From Campylobacterales bacterium (lineage in GTDB: Bacteria; Campylobacterota; Campylobacteria; Campylobacterales; Nitratiruptoraceae), in assembly GCA_027002625.1 (NCBI GenBank), contig JALWZJ010000149.1:1-41802 (forward strand): a stretch of DNA of 41,802 nucleotides, given 5' to 3'. Of this stretch, positions 26,364-35,195 are shown in pieces; the stretch's first letter is position 1, and each line of letters starts with the position of its first letter. The notes under the pieces were generated by a model. The model was not told the DNA's origin. It worked only from the letters and a program-made list of their open reading frames with translations, and made no database searches. The translations under genes and the position numbers were made by a program.

Positions 26364-27379
26364 ATCTCTATCTCCTCTTTGATCTCCAGTCCAAATCCTC
26401 CAAGTCCCACGAACTCCCTACCCTTTTGGGAAGTGAGTAGTCTGATCTCATGCACGCCCAAAGCTTTGAGTATCTGTGCTCCGATACCAAACTCTTTGGT
26501 CTGATCGCTCACTTTTTTTGAATCTAAAAATATAAGTACTCCACTATTTCGCTTGAGATAGTCGATGGAGTTGATCAAAGAGCGAAATTTTTTGCTATCG
26601 AGCAAAAGCTCCTTGTCGGGTGTCACGTTGTGAAACTTCACATTGGCGCTCCCCTCAGCCGAATAGAAGATGAGAGCCGTGTGGATATTGCCCAGATGAT
26701 CTTCGAAATCGCGCTTTTGGACTTTCACTCCAAAAAATTCTATCTCCTCCTCGCCTTTTTCTTTGATCAGCAGCTCGTTTTGCAGACGATACTCCACGAT
26801 ATCGGAGATATAGACGATTTTGAGACCATGACGCTTGGCGAATTTTTCCAAACTCTCTCGTCTGGCCATAGTGCCGTCTGGGTTCATGATCTCACATATG
26901 ACGGCTGCAGGCTGCAGTCCCGCCAACCGGCAAATATCCACCGACCCTTCGGTATGTCCCGTACGCACCAGCACTCCACCCTCTTTGGCCACGAGAGGAA
27001 AAATATGACCAGGACGTACGAAATCTTGAGGCGTGCTCAAAGGGTTGGCCAAAAGCTTGATCGTCATATCCCGCTCATATGCCGATATCCCAGTGGTCGC
27101 CTCTTTGGCGTCCACACTAATCGTAAAGGCGGTCTCATGGGCCGAATCGTTTCTTTGGACCATGGGAGCCAGATCGAGCCGATCGGCTATCTCTTTGGAG
27201 ATCGCCACACATATAAGCCCCCTCGCCTCGCTGGCCATGAAGTTGACCTTCTCAGGAGTACTGAAGGTAGCTGCGTAGACCAGGTCCCCCTCGTTCTCTC
27301 TATCTTCATCGTCGATCATGACGATCATGTTGCCCTTTTTGATCTCTTCTATGGCCTCTTGGACTCTTTTGATAGGCAT
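26360..27379 (-). CDS. ribB: 3,4-dihydroxy-2-butanone-4-phosphate synthase fused to a degenerate GTP cyclohydrolase II domain (RibBX type)
   Basis: DDEDRENEGD, PGHIFPL and GHTE RibB motifs. The C-domain keeps FGIGAQIL but lacks the Zn-binding Cys motif. Start ATG 27379 follows a GGGAG SD. Confidence 0.92.
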   Translation of the reverse strand: MPIKRVQEAIEEIKKGNMIVMIDDEDRENEGDLVYAATFSTPEKVNFMASEARGLICVAISKEIADRLDLAPMVQRNDSAHETAFTISVDAKEATTGISAYERDMTIKLLANPLSTPQDFVRPGHIFPLVAKEGGVLVRTGHTEGSVDICRLAGLQPAAVICEIMNPDGTMARRESLEKFAKRHGLKIVYISDIVEYRLQNELLIKEKGEEEIEFFGVKVQKRDFEDHLGNIHTALIFYSAEGSANVKFHNVTPDKELLLDSKKFRSLINSIDYLKRNSGVLIFLDSKKVSDQTKEFGIGAQILKALGVHEIRLLTSQKGREFVGLGGFGLEIKEEIEI

Positions 27380-27404
27380 GGACGCTCCCCATAATTTTTG
27401 GATT

Positions 27405-27413
27405 ATTATAGCA
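27405..27413 (-). promoter_or_regulatory. Extended -10 (TGCTATAAT) for ribB operon
   Basis: Perfect TGnTATAAT on the minus strand 25 nt upstream of the ATG. Confidence 0.7.
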
Positions 27414-27426
27414 GCAATGCATTCTC

Positions 27427-27455
27427 TTGACAAACGAAAAAAAATCGTTTATAAT
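27427..27455 (+). promoter_or_regulatory. Consensus sigma70 promoter of the tRNA pair
   Basis: TTGACA (27427-27432), 17-bp spacer, TATAAT (27450-27455). Confidence 0.85.
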
Positions 27456-27486
27456 TTCACTCGTAAACGAAAGGCGAACAAGAGAT

Positions 27487-27561
27487 TGGGGTGTCGCCAA
27501 GCGGTAAGGCAGCAGGTTTTGGTCCTGCCATTCGGGGGTTCGAATCCTCCCACCCCAGCCA
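27487..27561 (+). tRNA. tRNA-Gln(TTG)
   Basis: Acceptor stem TGGGGTG/CACCCCA, anticodon arm GCAGG-TT-TTG-GT-CCTGC, GGTTCGAATCC T-arm, encoded CCA. Confidence 0.97.
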
Positions 27562-27574
27562 TACATCTACATGA

Positions 27575-27651
<77 letters not shown>

Positions 27652-27688
27652 ATCAAAAATTCTAAAAATCTTCACGAAATCTCCCAAA

Positions 27689-28252
27689 TCATTGAGAGCT
27701 ATCTCCTATACAAAGTACCTGTTTCGCTTTCGACCAGCATTTTGGACAAAACCTATATCCCTTTTTATCCGTATCGGCCAGCGAGTTGGAGAAGTGCATG
27801 ACACAATGTGGATCTGAACAATGGCCAAGTCCCAGAGTATGGCCGATCTCATGAATCGCTTCCGTAGCCACTCTTTTTAGATAGAGTTTTTCATCTTTTG
27901 GCAAACCATAAAACTCATTGTGCAGCCTAACGGTAGAAATCACTGCCACTCCATAAGGCACTGCCAATCCAAAAACGAAATTGAGGTTCGGCTCGAAAAG
28001 ATCCACACCCGTCACTCCCAAAAGAATATCTTTTGGCCGCTGCTTATAAAACAGCAGCTCTTCTAAAAAGGCAGAAGCGAGATATTGCTTACGAAGGGTG
28101 TTAAAAGCGTGAGAGGGGAGAGGGAGATTTTGGCCAAAAACGGCTGGGATGTGGAGCACTTCGGGAACTATTCGCTCCAAAAAGGAGATAGTAGAGGGCT
28201 CATACCACTCGAACCCCATAAGCACCACTCTATCGTATCTACACCCACTCAT
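27689..28252 (-). CDS. Archaemetzincin family (M54) Zn metalloprotease
   Basis: HEIGHTLGLGHC-x4-CVM...FCPKC signature and NFVFGLA. ATG 28252 overlaps the upstream stop (ATGA). Confidence 0.92.
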   Translation of the reverse strand: MSGCRYDRVVLMGFEWYEPSTISFLERIVPEVLHIPAVFGQNLPLPSHAFNTLRKQYLASAFLEELLFYKQRPKDILLGVTGVDLFEPNLNFVFGLAVPYGVAVISTVRLHNEFYGLPKDEKLYLKRVATEAIHEIGHTLGLGHCSDPHCVMHFSNSLADTDKKGYRFCPKCWSKAKQVLCIGDSSQ

Positions 28253-28461
28253 CTCAAAAACTCGTTTCCACACTTGCTGCAGTGCCAGTTGGGAGCGTCC
28301 ACACTTCTTGCCACCCCTCCCAGCCTAATCTGACCAGCCTCCTCTTTTTGGAGCCACTCCTCCTCCAGCCGCAAGCCATAGACGATAGGGATCACATATC
28401 GGTTGGTACGGCAATACTTGCATCTTGGACGAAAAGGCTTTCTTTGGTTGATCCTCACCAT
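28249..28461 (-). CDS. Small (70-aa) putative Zn-ribbon protein
   Basis: CKYC...IPIVYG...LGG...PNWHCSKCG; ATG 28461 with an AAGGAG SD, overlapping both neighbours. Confidence 0.75.
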   Translation of the reverse strand: MVRINQRKPFRPRCKYCRTNRYVIPIVYGLRLEEEWLQKEEAGQIRLGGVARSVDAPNWHCSKCGNEFLR

Positions 28462-29111
28462 TTGGAATACTCCTTCAATTTCTGCTTGAGGATTTTTAGA
28501 TAGGGATTGTCCTTGTGGCATTTACCTTGCAAGATCAAATAGAGCTTGGCAGGATCGCAGCGATAGAAGCGCTGGTTGGCCTCATAGTCCACCTCCAGCT
28601 TCGCTCCGGCAAAGGCTATACCGGCATAGGCCCCCATGCTTCTTGAGTATGTGTAGATCTTGGCTTTGAACTCAATATCCGTCGCAGCACCCGCGATCCG
28701 TCCTACCGGACCGACAGCCACGGAGAGATCGGCTCCCAGGGTGATAGCGTGATCCAAAAGCTCCAAAGCGCTTTTGGCCTCTTTGAAAATGAGCACCACA
28801 TCGATACTCTCCAGTCCTATCTGCCACCCAAGACTTCCTCCATACATCTTGATAAAGATCGGATCACTCCACTCTCCCTTTTGGCGTATCAGCAGTATGC
28901 CTTTACCATATCTGGCTCCTACGATCACTCCCCCTCTGACCATATCGGGGATGATGGCGATGGCTCCAGCCTGTCGCAAAAATCTGGGAGGGATTCGCTC
29001 TTCGGGAAGCGCCATGAATCGATCCAGAGCATTGACCGCCTTGATGAGCAGGGAGTTTTCGTCTGCATAAAGCGCAAAAAGCGTGAAACAAAACAGAAGC
29101 AGCTTTTTCAT
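28455..29111 (-). CDS. Lipid-binding SYLF (Ysc84) domain protein, exported
   Basis: Signal peptide; IAIIP...GARYGKG, GGSLGWQIG, SVAVGPVG and YSRSMG motifs. Confidence 0.9.
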   Translation of the reverse strand: MKKLLLFCFTLFALYADENSLLIKAVNALDRFMALPEERIPPRFLRQAGAIAIIPDMVRGGVIVGARYGKGILLIRQKGEWSDPIFIKMYGGSLGWQIGLESIDVVLIFKEAKSALELLDHAITLGADLSVAVGPVGRIAGAATDIEFKAKIYTYSRSMGAYAGIAFAGAKLEVDYEANQRFYRCDPAKLYLILQGKCHKDNPYLKILKQKLKEYSKW

Positions 29112-29164
29112 AAAATTCCCTTTTTAGGTTATAATAATTATATCAAATCAAGAGAGGTGAAAGA

Positions 29165-30061
29165 ATAAAAAATCGTTTCAAAAATTTCTATGCCAATTTC
29201 AAACGTCATGAGATAGAGAAGGCGATCGAGTTTTTTGCCTGTTTTAGCGGTGCAGAAGAGCTTTTCCCGATCGACTTTGCCGCCTCGATCCAAGAAAACA
29301 TTCGTTTACTGCTTCACCATGCTTCTCATATCTCCATCGATTTTTCCACTCAAGAAGAGCTATTGCTCAGCGCTTTGGCCACGGGAGATCGCAAGATAGA
29401 TTCTGCGATCAAGAAGACCACCTTGGGATACCAAAATTTCGAAGAGCTGGTGCAAAAAGGCTCGCTTCTTAAAGAGCTGAGCCGAGAGCAACTACCCAAA
29501 AAATCCCGCCCAAAACAAAAACTCAAAAAAGAGCTCAGACGCTACCGTATCCAACACAAAGCAAAATTCACCACCCCTTTTCACAGATTTTGGTTTCGCT
29601 ACATCTACCCATCCAAAGAGCTGATCGAAGCCAAAGAGTACGACAAAGTGCTCGAATTCATCCTAAGCGATTTGGAAAATTTCGTCAGCTACACCTTCGA
29701 GGAACTATGTAGTGAAATGTTGGAAGATCGTTTTGGCCAAAAAGGGGGCAGCTACTGGGATAGACGCGTAGAGCTCGATATTCTCATCGATCTGCCAAAC
29801 GGCAAAAAGGTGGTGGGCGAGTGCAAGTGGAAAAACAGCAAGATCTGCAAAAAGGTTTTCACCTCGCTACAAAAAAAGTGCCAACTCATAGGGCTCGATG
29901 TGGAGTATTACGCTCTATTTTCCAAAAGCAGCTTCTCAAATGAGCTGCTCAAATCCAGACCCAAAAATCTGCTGCTTTTCGATCTGGAGGATTTCAAAGA
30001 GTGGAGTGAAGAGAAAGCCTATAAAAAAAGAGAAAAAGTTCCCTACTCTTTTGAGTTTTGA
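29165..30061 (+). CDS. DUF234-domain protein (C-terminal PD-(D/E)xK-like module); start probably non-canonical
   Basis: FHRFWFRYI, FEEL, SYWDRRVELDI and GECKW DUF234 motifs. The frame is open from 29138, well upstream of the first standard start (TTG 29363). ATA 29165 follows a GAGG SD. Start position uncertain. Confidence 0.8.
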   Translation: MKNRFKNFYANFKRHEIEKAIEFFACFSGAEELFPIDFAASIQENIRLLLHHASHISIDFSTQEELLLSALATGDRKIDSAIKKTTLGYQNFEELVQKGSLLKELSREQLPKKSRPKQKLKKELRRYRIQHKAKFTTPFHRFWFRYIYPSKELIEAKEYDKVLEFILSDLENFVSYTFEELCSEMLEDRFGQKGGSYWDRRVELDILIDLPNGKKVVGECKWKNSKICKKVFTSLQKKCQLIGLDVEYYALFSKSSFSNELLKSRPKNLLLFDLEDFKEWSEEKAYKKREKVPYSFEF

Positions 30062-30079
30062 TCCCTTTATTCAGGTATA

Positions 30080-30195
30080 TGTAGTTATCCAAACAGTTCG
30101 CCCGACACGCTTTGGCCCGATGGGTCGAAGGCTTTGACTTCGGGGTACCCATCGTGGACAACCGCGTGGAGGAAGAACTTGTTTGGATGACTCTA
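30080..30195. repeat. Rod-shaped ~115-nt imperfect palindrome between convergent genes
   Basis: Pairs 30083-30095/30180-30192, 30096-30099/30175-30178, 30106-30110/30164-30168, 30118-30125/30147-30154 and 30126-30130/30138-30142. Confidence 0.8.
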
Positions 30196-30196
30196 A

Positions 30197-33100
30197 TTAC
30201 GCCACCATCACTCCAAGCTGCTCCGCCTCTTTGGCAAACTCCTGGCTCACATAAACCTGCGACTCGATCTCCACCTCTTGCAGTTTGGAGACGATCACCA
30301 GCTTCAAAGGTTTTTTGCCCGGATATTTGAGGGCCAGATGATACAGTTCCTCGAGGCGCTCTATCTCATGGCTGAGATCGAGCTTGATTACCAGAGGTTC
30401 TTCGTAGCGCTCTTCGATTTTGGTCTGGACATTCTGCTTTTTGGCCTCTTCGAGACTCATGATCTCGTCACAGCGGATACGGGTGAAGGAGTCGTTTTTG
30501 GTCACGTAGACCTTGAAAGCTACAGGCTTATTTAGATCCATCCGCTCTAACTCCTCGAGCTTGTCGCTAAAGAGCATCATCTCGATATTGCCATGCAAGT
30601 CCATGATGTTTACGATGCCAAACTTGTTGCCTTTGTTGCTGATCTTGGTCTTGATCTCCTCCACTTTTCCTACAAATAGCGCCTCGGAGGAGTCGGCGAT
30701 GTTGTCCAGATCGCTGGAGAGTGTATAATGGATCTGCTCCAGATCTTTGCGGTAGATATCCAATGGATGCCCAGAGACATAAAACCCCAGAGTCTCTTTT
30801 TCAAACTCCAAGATCTGCTTCATATCATACTCGCCCATATCCTCCAGCTCCACTTTGATATCGATGAGCTCTTCACTATCTCCAAACAAAGAGTTTTCGG
30901 CCATCTTTCTGGCTCTGGCGATCTCATGGGAAGCGTTGGCTATTTTTTCGATATTGAGCAGCAACGTTTTTCTACTATATCCAAAGGAGTCCATAGCTCC
31001 CGATTTGATCAAGGCTTCGATCACCTTTTTGTTGACCTTGTTGGGATCGATCCGCTGCAAGAAGTCGTCCAGACTCTCAAAAGGCGTATCTGCTCTTGCT
31101 TGCAAGATACTCTCCACAGCCGAGCGCCCTACCCCTTTGATGGCTCCAAGCCCAAAGAGGATCACATCCTCCCCATCCATCGCCGTAGCGCTAAACTCCA
31201 AGATCGATCGGTTGATATCGGGAGGCAAGAGCTTGATACCAAGCCGTTTGACCTCATCGACGTATTTGACGATCTTGTCCGTGTTGTCCTGCTCGCTGGT
31301 TAGTAGGGCCGCCATGAACTCTTGGGGATAGTGGGCTTTGAGATAGGCCGTTTGGAAGGTGATCATCGCATAGGCTGCCGAGTGTGATTTGTTGAAGCCA
31401 TAACCGGCGAACTTTTCTATCAGCTCGAAGAGTATCTCACTCTTTTTAGGATCGAACCCTCGCTCACTGGCTCGGCGTACAAACTCTCGCTTGTACTCCT
31501 CCATCAAATCTTTTTTCTTCTTTCCCATCGCCCGGCGGATGATATCGGCTTCACCGAGGCTAAAGCCCCCGATAGTCTGGACGATCTGCATCACCTGCTC
31601 TTGGTAGACGATCATGCCGTAGGTAGGCTCCAAGGAGTCTTTGAGCTCGTCGAAGCTTACCTCTTCAAAGGGATAGTAGACCCGTTTTCTTCCATGCTTT
31701 CGCTCGATGAAGTCATCGAGCATTCCAGACTCCATAGGGCCTGGGCGATAGAGAGCCAGCACCGCGATGATATCCTCGAAGGTGGTGGGCTTGAGCCTTG
31801 CGTTGAGACGCTGCATCCCGGCAGACTCTATCTGGAAAAGTCCCAGAGTGTGACCACTTTGGATCAGATCGTAGACCTTTTTGTCATTGATGTCCACCTC
31901 GTTCCAGTCGATCCTTTTGCCATAGCGCTGCTGTACCAGCTTCAAGGCGTTGTCGATGACGGTGAGGGTCTTGAGTCCCAAGAAGTCAAATTTGATCAGA
32001 TCCACATCTTCAAGGAAATTGAGAGAGTATTGGGTGACGATCGTATCCTCACCGCTTGGCTTGTATAGCGGCGTCTTGTGCCACAGCTCTTCGTTGCTGA
32101 TCACTACGCCCGCCGCATGCATACCCGCATTTCGTTTGAGCCCCTCCAGCGCCAGAGCGAAGCGCCATAGCCTCTCGAACTTTGGATCGGACTCGATCAT
32201 CTCCTTGATCTTTGGCTCTTGCTCGTAGGCCTCTTTGAGGGTGATGCCAAGCTTATCGGGGATGAGCTTGGCCATTCTGTCCCCATCGGCGTAGCTAAGT
32301 CCCAGGACTCTCGCCACATCTCGGATCACACCTTTGGCCAAAAGGGTACCAAAAGTGATCACTTGCGCTACATTGTAGCGTCCATACTTTTGGACCACGT
32401 AGTCGATGATCTCTCCACGTCTTTCTTGGCAAAAGTCCATATCAATATCTGGCATACTCACCCGCTCGGGATTTAAAAACCTCTCAAAGAGCAGATTATA
32501 CTTGAGCGGATCGATATCAGTGATCCCCATGGCGTAGGCTACGAGGCTTCCTGCCGCGCTTCCTCGCCCCGGCCCCACCGGAATGCCTCGCTTTTTGGCC
32601 TCTCGCACGAAGTCCCAGACGATGATCATATAGCCCGGAAACTTCATACGATTGATGATATCGATCTCGTGCCTAAGCCGCTCCCAATACTTGCCATGCT
32701 CCTCTTTTGGCACATATTTAAGGCGCTCTTTAAGCCCCTCTTCGCATATCCTCTCAAAAAGCTTTTCATCGTTTTCGAAGCTGTAGCGATCACTGCTTGG
32801 CAACTGGATATCTCGATCTTTTGCATATTCGAGGGTAAATTTGAAATTGGGCGGCGTAGGATTGCCAAGATCAAGCTCGAGGTTGCATTTATCCACGATC
32901 TCTTGGGTATTTTCCAAAGCCTCCGGGATATCTGCGTAGAGTCTGGCGATCTCTTCGGGGGATTTGAGATAGAACTCATGCACGCTGTGGCGAAGCCTGT
33001 TTGGATCGTCGTAGAGCTTGTTCATGGCGATACACATAAAAGCCTCGTGGGGCTCGGCATCCTTTTTTTCAAGATAGTGGGTATCGTTGGTAGCAACGAT

Positions 33101-33721
33101 CTTGATCCCGGTCTCAAGGCTTAGCCTAATGATCTGCTCGTCGATAGCGTACTGATCCTCAATGCCGTGGCGCATCAACTCCAGATAAAAATCATCGCCA
33201 AAAATCTCTTTGTGCCACAAAGCAATTTTTCTGGCCTCCTCGTAGCCCTTGGCGCCAAATTTGAGATTTTTCTCGTTGGTATTGAGATGCCAGTTGACCT
33301 CCCCTTGCAAGCATGCACTGGTACAGATCAGCCCCTCGGAGTGCTCGGCCAGCAACTTTTTGTTGATCCTTGGATAGTAGTAGAAGCCTTCGATATAGCT
33401 CATGGAGCTTAGATACATCAAGTTTTTATAGCCAACTTCATTTTTGGCAAAAAGACACAGATGAAATCGCTGACGCGTAGACTTGTCGCCAAGATCTTCG
33501 GAGTTGTGCAGATAGGCCTCCATCCCGATTATTGGCTTGAGACCCTCGGCCTTCATCGTCTTGTAAAAGTCGATCGCTCCAAACATATTGCCGTGATCCG
33601 TCATCGCCACGGCACTCATCCCAAGCTCTTTAGCCTTTTTGGCCAAAGCTTTGATCTTGTTGGCTCCATCGAGGAGCGAGTACTCCGTATGCAGATGCAG
33701 GTGGGTAAATTGTGGCTTCAT
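30197..33721 (-). CDS. dnaE: DNA polymerase III alpha subunit
   Basis: PHP domain HLHLHTEYSLLDG, GPGRGSAAGS, PDIDMDF, KFDFLGL and YGFNKSH; 1174 aa with no intein-sized insertion. Confidence 0.99.
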   Translation of the reverse strand: MKPQFTHLHLHTEYSLLDGANKIKALAKKAKELGMSAVAMTDHGNMFGAIDFYKTMKAEGLKPIIGMEAYLHNSEDLGDKSTRQRFHLCLFAKNEVGYKNLMYLSSMSYIEGFYYYPRINKKLLAEHSEGLICTSACLQGEVNWHLNTNEKNLKFGAKGYEEARKIALWHKEIFGDDFYLELMRHGIEDQYAIDEQIIRLSLETGIKIVATNDTHYLEKKDAEPHEAFMCIAMNKLYDDPNRLRHSVHEFYLKSPEEIARLYADIPEALENTQEIVDKCNLELDLGNPTPPNFKFTLEYAKDRDIQLPSSDRYSFENDEKLFERICEEGLKERLKYVPKEEHGKYWERLRHEIDIINRMKFPGYMIIVWDFVREAKKRGIPVGPGRGSAAGSLVAYAMGITDIDPLKYNLLFERFLNPERVSMPDIDMDFCQERRGEIIDYVVQKYGRYNVAQVITFGTLLAKGVIRDVARVLGLSYADGDRMAKLIPDKLGITLKEAYEQEPKIKEMIESDPKFERLWRFALALEGLKRNAGMHAAGVVISNEELWHKTPLYKPSGEDTIVTQYSLNFLEDVDLIKFDFLGLKTLTVIDNALKLVQQRYGKRIDWNEVDINDKKVYDLIQSGHTLGLFQIESAGMQRLNARLKPTTFEDIIAVLALYRPGPMESGMLDDFIERKHGRKRVYYPFEEVSFDELKDSLEPTYGMIVYQEQVMQIVQTIGGFSLGEADIIRRAMGKKKKDLMEEYKREFVRRASERGFDPKKSEILFELIEKFAGYGFNKSHSAAYAMITFQTAYLKAHYPQEFMAALLTSEQDNTDKIVKYVDEVKRLGIKLLPPDINRSILEFSATAMDGEDVILFGLGAIKGVGRSAVESILQARADTPFESLDDFLQRIDPNKVNKKVIEALIKSGAMDSFGYSRKTLLLNIEKIANASHEIARARKMAENSLFGDSEELIDIKVELEDMGEYDMKQILEFEKETLGFYVSGHPLDIYRKDLEQIHYTLSSDLDNIADSSEALFVGKVEEIKTKISNKGNKFGIVNIMDLHGNIEMMLFSDKLEELERMDLNKPVAFKVYVTKNDSFTRIRCDEIMSLEEAKKQNVQTKIEERYEEPLVIKLDLSHEIERLEELYHLALKYPGKKPLKLVIVSKLQEVEIESQVYVSQEFAKEAEQLGVMVA

Positions 33722-33777
33722 CCAATCTCCAAGGAGTTTTTGTTACCATTATAGAAAATTTTGGCTAAAGAGGAAAT

Positions 33778-34296
33778 ATGAAAAACATCGTACTGATTGG
33801 CTTTATGGGTGTAGGTAAAGGCACGCTTGCTCGTGCAATCGCAAAAAGAAGCGACATCTACGCCGTGGATACAGACGATCTGATAGAGAGTCTTACCAAC
33901 ACCAAGATCAAAAAGATCTTCGCCAAAAAGGGAGAAAAGTACTTCCGTCAGCTGGAGCAGCGCACTGCCGACTGGCTGGCCGAGAATGTCCGAAACTCCA
34001 TCATCTCCACTGGTGGAGGCTTCTATAAAGTCAAAAACCTCAAAGATATAGGCACCGTCGTCTATCTCAAAGCAGATTTTGATTGGATATATGATCGCAT
34101 CACCAAGAGCAAGAACGCCAAGAAAAAGATCAAAAAGCGACCCCTCTTCAAATCCTACAAAGCTGCCAAAGAGCTCTACGAAGAGCGAGCGCCCCAGTAT
34201 GAAGCCGTAGCCGATATTATCATCGAGGTCCAAGACAAGAGCACCAAAGAGCTCGTAGATGAAGTACTCGCTAAGGCTTTGCGATCTTCGTCATGA
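33778..34296 (+). CDS. aroK: Shikimate kinase
   Basis: LIGFMGVGKGT P-loop, DTD, GEKYFR, STGGG, RPL. Confidence 0.93.
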   Translation: MKNIVLIGFMGVGKGTLARAIAKRSDIYAVDTDDLIESLTNTKIKKIFAKKGEKYFRQLEQRTADWLAENVRNSIISTGGGFYKVKNLKDIGTVVYLKADFDWIYDRITKSKNAKKKIKKRPLFKSYKAAKELYEERAPQYEAVADIIIEVQDKSTKELVDEVLAKALRSSS

Positions 34297-35164
34297 AAAA
34301 GCCGCTATAGGCCCCCTTTGGCAAGATGCGAAGCCCTTTGGCCACCCGTGGATCGAAGCGCTTCTCCTCCCACTGAGTGATGCCTGCCATCTTGTTTTCG
34401 AAAGGGGCATCGATATCCAAGACCTGGGCCTTGGGATAATGCTGAAGCAAAAAGTCGATAACCGCCTCGTTCTCTTCTGGCGCAAAGGTACAGGTGGCAT
34501 AGATCATCTGGCCACCAGGTTTGAGGCTTTGGTAGGCGCTGATGATTAGCTCCTTTTGTAGCTTCGCGAACTTTCTGACCCTGCGCATATTCCACCAGGT
34601 CACTTCTCCATCGATATGGGCTTCGGAGCTGCAGGGCGCGTCCAAAAAGACCTTGTCGAACCACCCGGGACAGGTTTTGTAGATGAAGCGTCCATCTTTG
34701 TTATATGTCTGGATATTCTTGGCACCATGTTCTTTGAAGTTTCTACGCATCCTAAAAAAACGCTGACGATCTGGCTCCACGGCACTCACCTTCTGGGCTC
34801 GCTCGCTAAAGATGAGGCTCTTGCCCCCAGGAGCCGCCGCAAGATCGAGTACCCAGTCAGTGGGCTGGATATCCAAAGAGTAGGCCGAAAAGATCGAAGA
34901 GAGATTTTGGATATAGATCTTGTTTTGGGTATAGGGAGTGGAGGTGACGATGCGCTTACGCTCACTTATGGGCAATGTAAAAACATCCTCGGCCCACTCC
35001 ACCTTTTTGGGCTCGAAGCCCTCCTTTTGCAGCTGCTCCACTACCTCCTTGGTCTCTCCTCGGTGGTGATTGATACGAAAGCTAAACTCCTCTTTGTTTT
35101 TGAGCCCCTCCAAAATTTTGGGCTCTATTTTTTTGATACGCTCTTCAAACAGCTCTTGACTCAT
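34271..35164 (-). CDS. RsmB/RsmF (NOL1/NOP2/Sun) RNA m5C methyltransferase
   Basis: VLDLAAAPGGKS, DAPCSSE and YATCTFAPEENE; both catalytic Cys are present. Confidence 0.92.
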   Translation of the reverse strand: MSQELFEERIKKIEPKILEGLKNKEEFSFRINHHRGETKEVVEQLQKEGFEPKKVEWAEDVFTLPISERKRIVTSTPYTQNKIYIQNLSSIFSAYSLDIQPTDWVLDLAAAPGGKSLIFSERAQKVSAVEPDRQRFFRMRRNFKEHGAKNIQTYNKDGRFIYKTCPGWFDKVFLDAPCSSEAHIDGEVTWWNMRRVRKFAKLQKELIISAYQSLKPGGQMIYATCTFAPEENEAVIDFLLQHYPKAQVLDIDAPFENKMAGITQWEEKRFDPRVAKGLRILPKGAYSGFFMTKIAKP

Positions 35165-35177
35165 TTTGACTCTTTTT

Positions 35178-35193
35178 TGCTACAATTGTACCA
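35178..35193. promoter_or_regulatory. Overlapping divergent extended -10 boxes (bidirectional promoter)
   Basis: TGCTACAAT on + (35178-35186) and TGGTACAAT on - (35185-35193), sharing the palindrome TACAATTGTA. Confidence 0.6.
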
Positions 35194-35195
35194 CA

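Noticed and set aside
27652-30195. Genomic island integrated at tRNA-fMet
   Set aside because: No integrase, and I found no duplicated tRNA 3' end (att site) in the window by eye.
30112-30330. 72-aa + strand ORF starting inside the 30080-30195 hairpin
   Set aside because: It runs antisense into the dnaE 3' end, with no SD or motifs.
30197-33721. Intein or split in dnaE
   Set aside because: Normal length and continuous motifs; no intein-like block seen.
33727-33736. CTCC-AA-GGAG inverted repeat at the dnaE SD
   Set aside because: A 4-bp stem with a 2-nt loop is too weak to call a regulatory structure.
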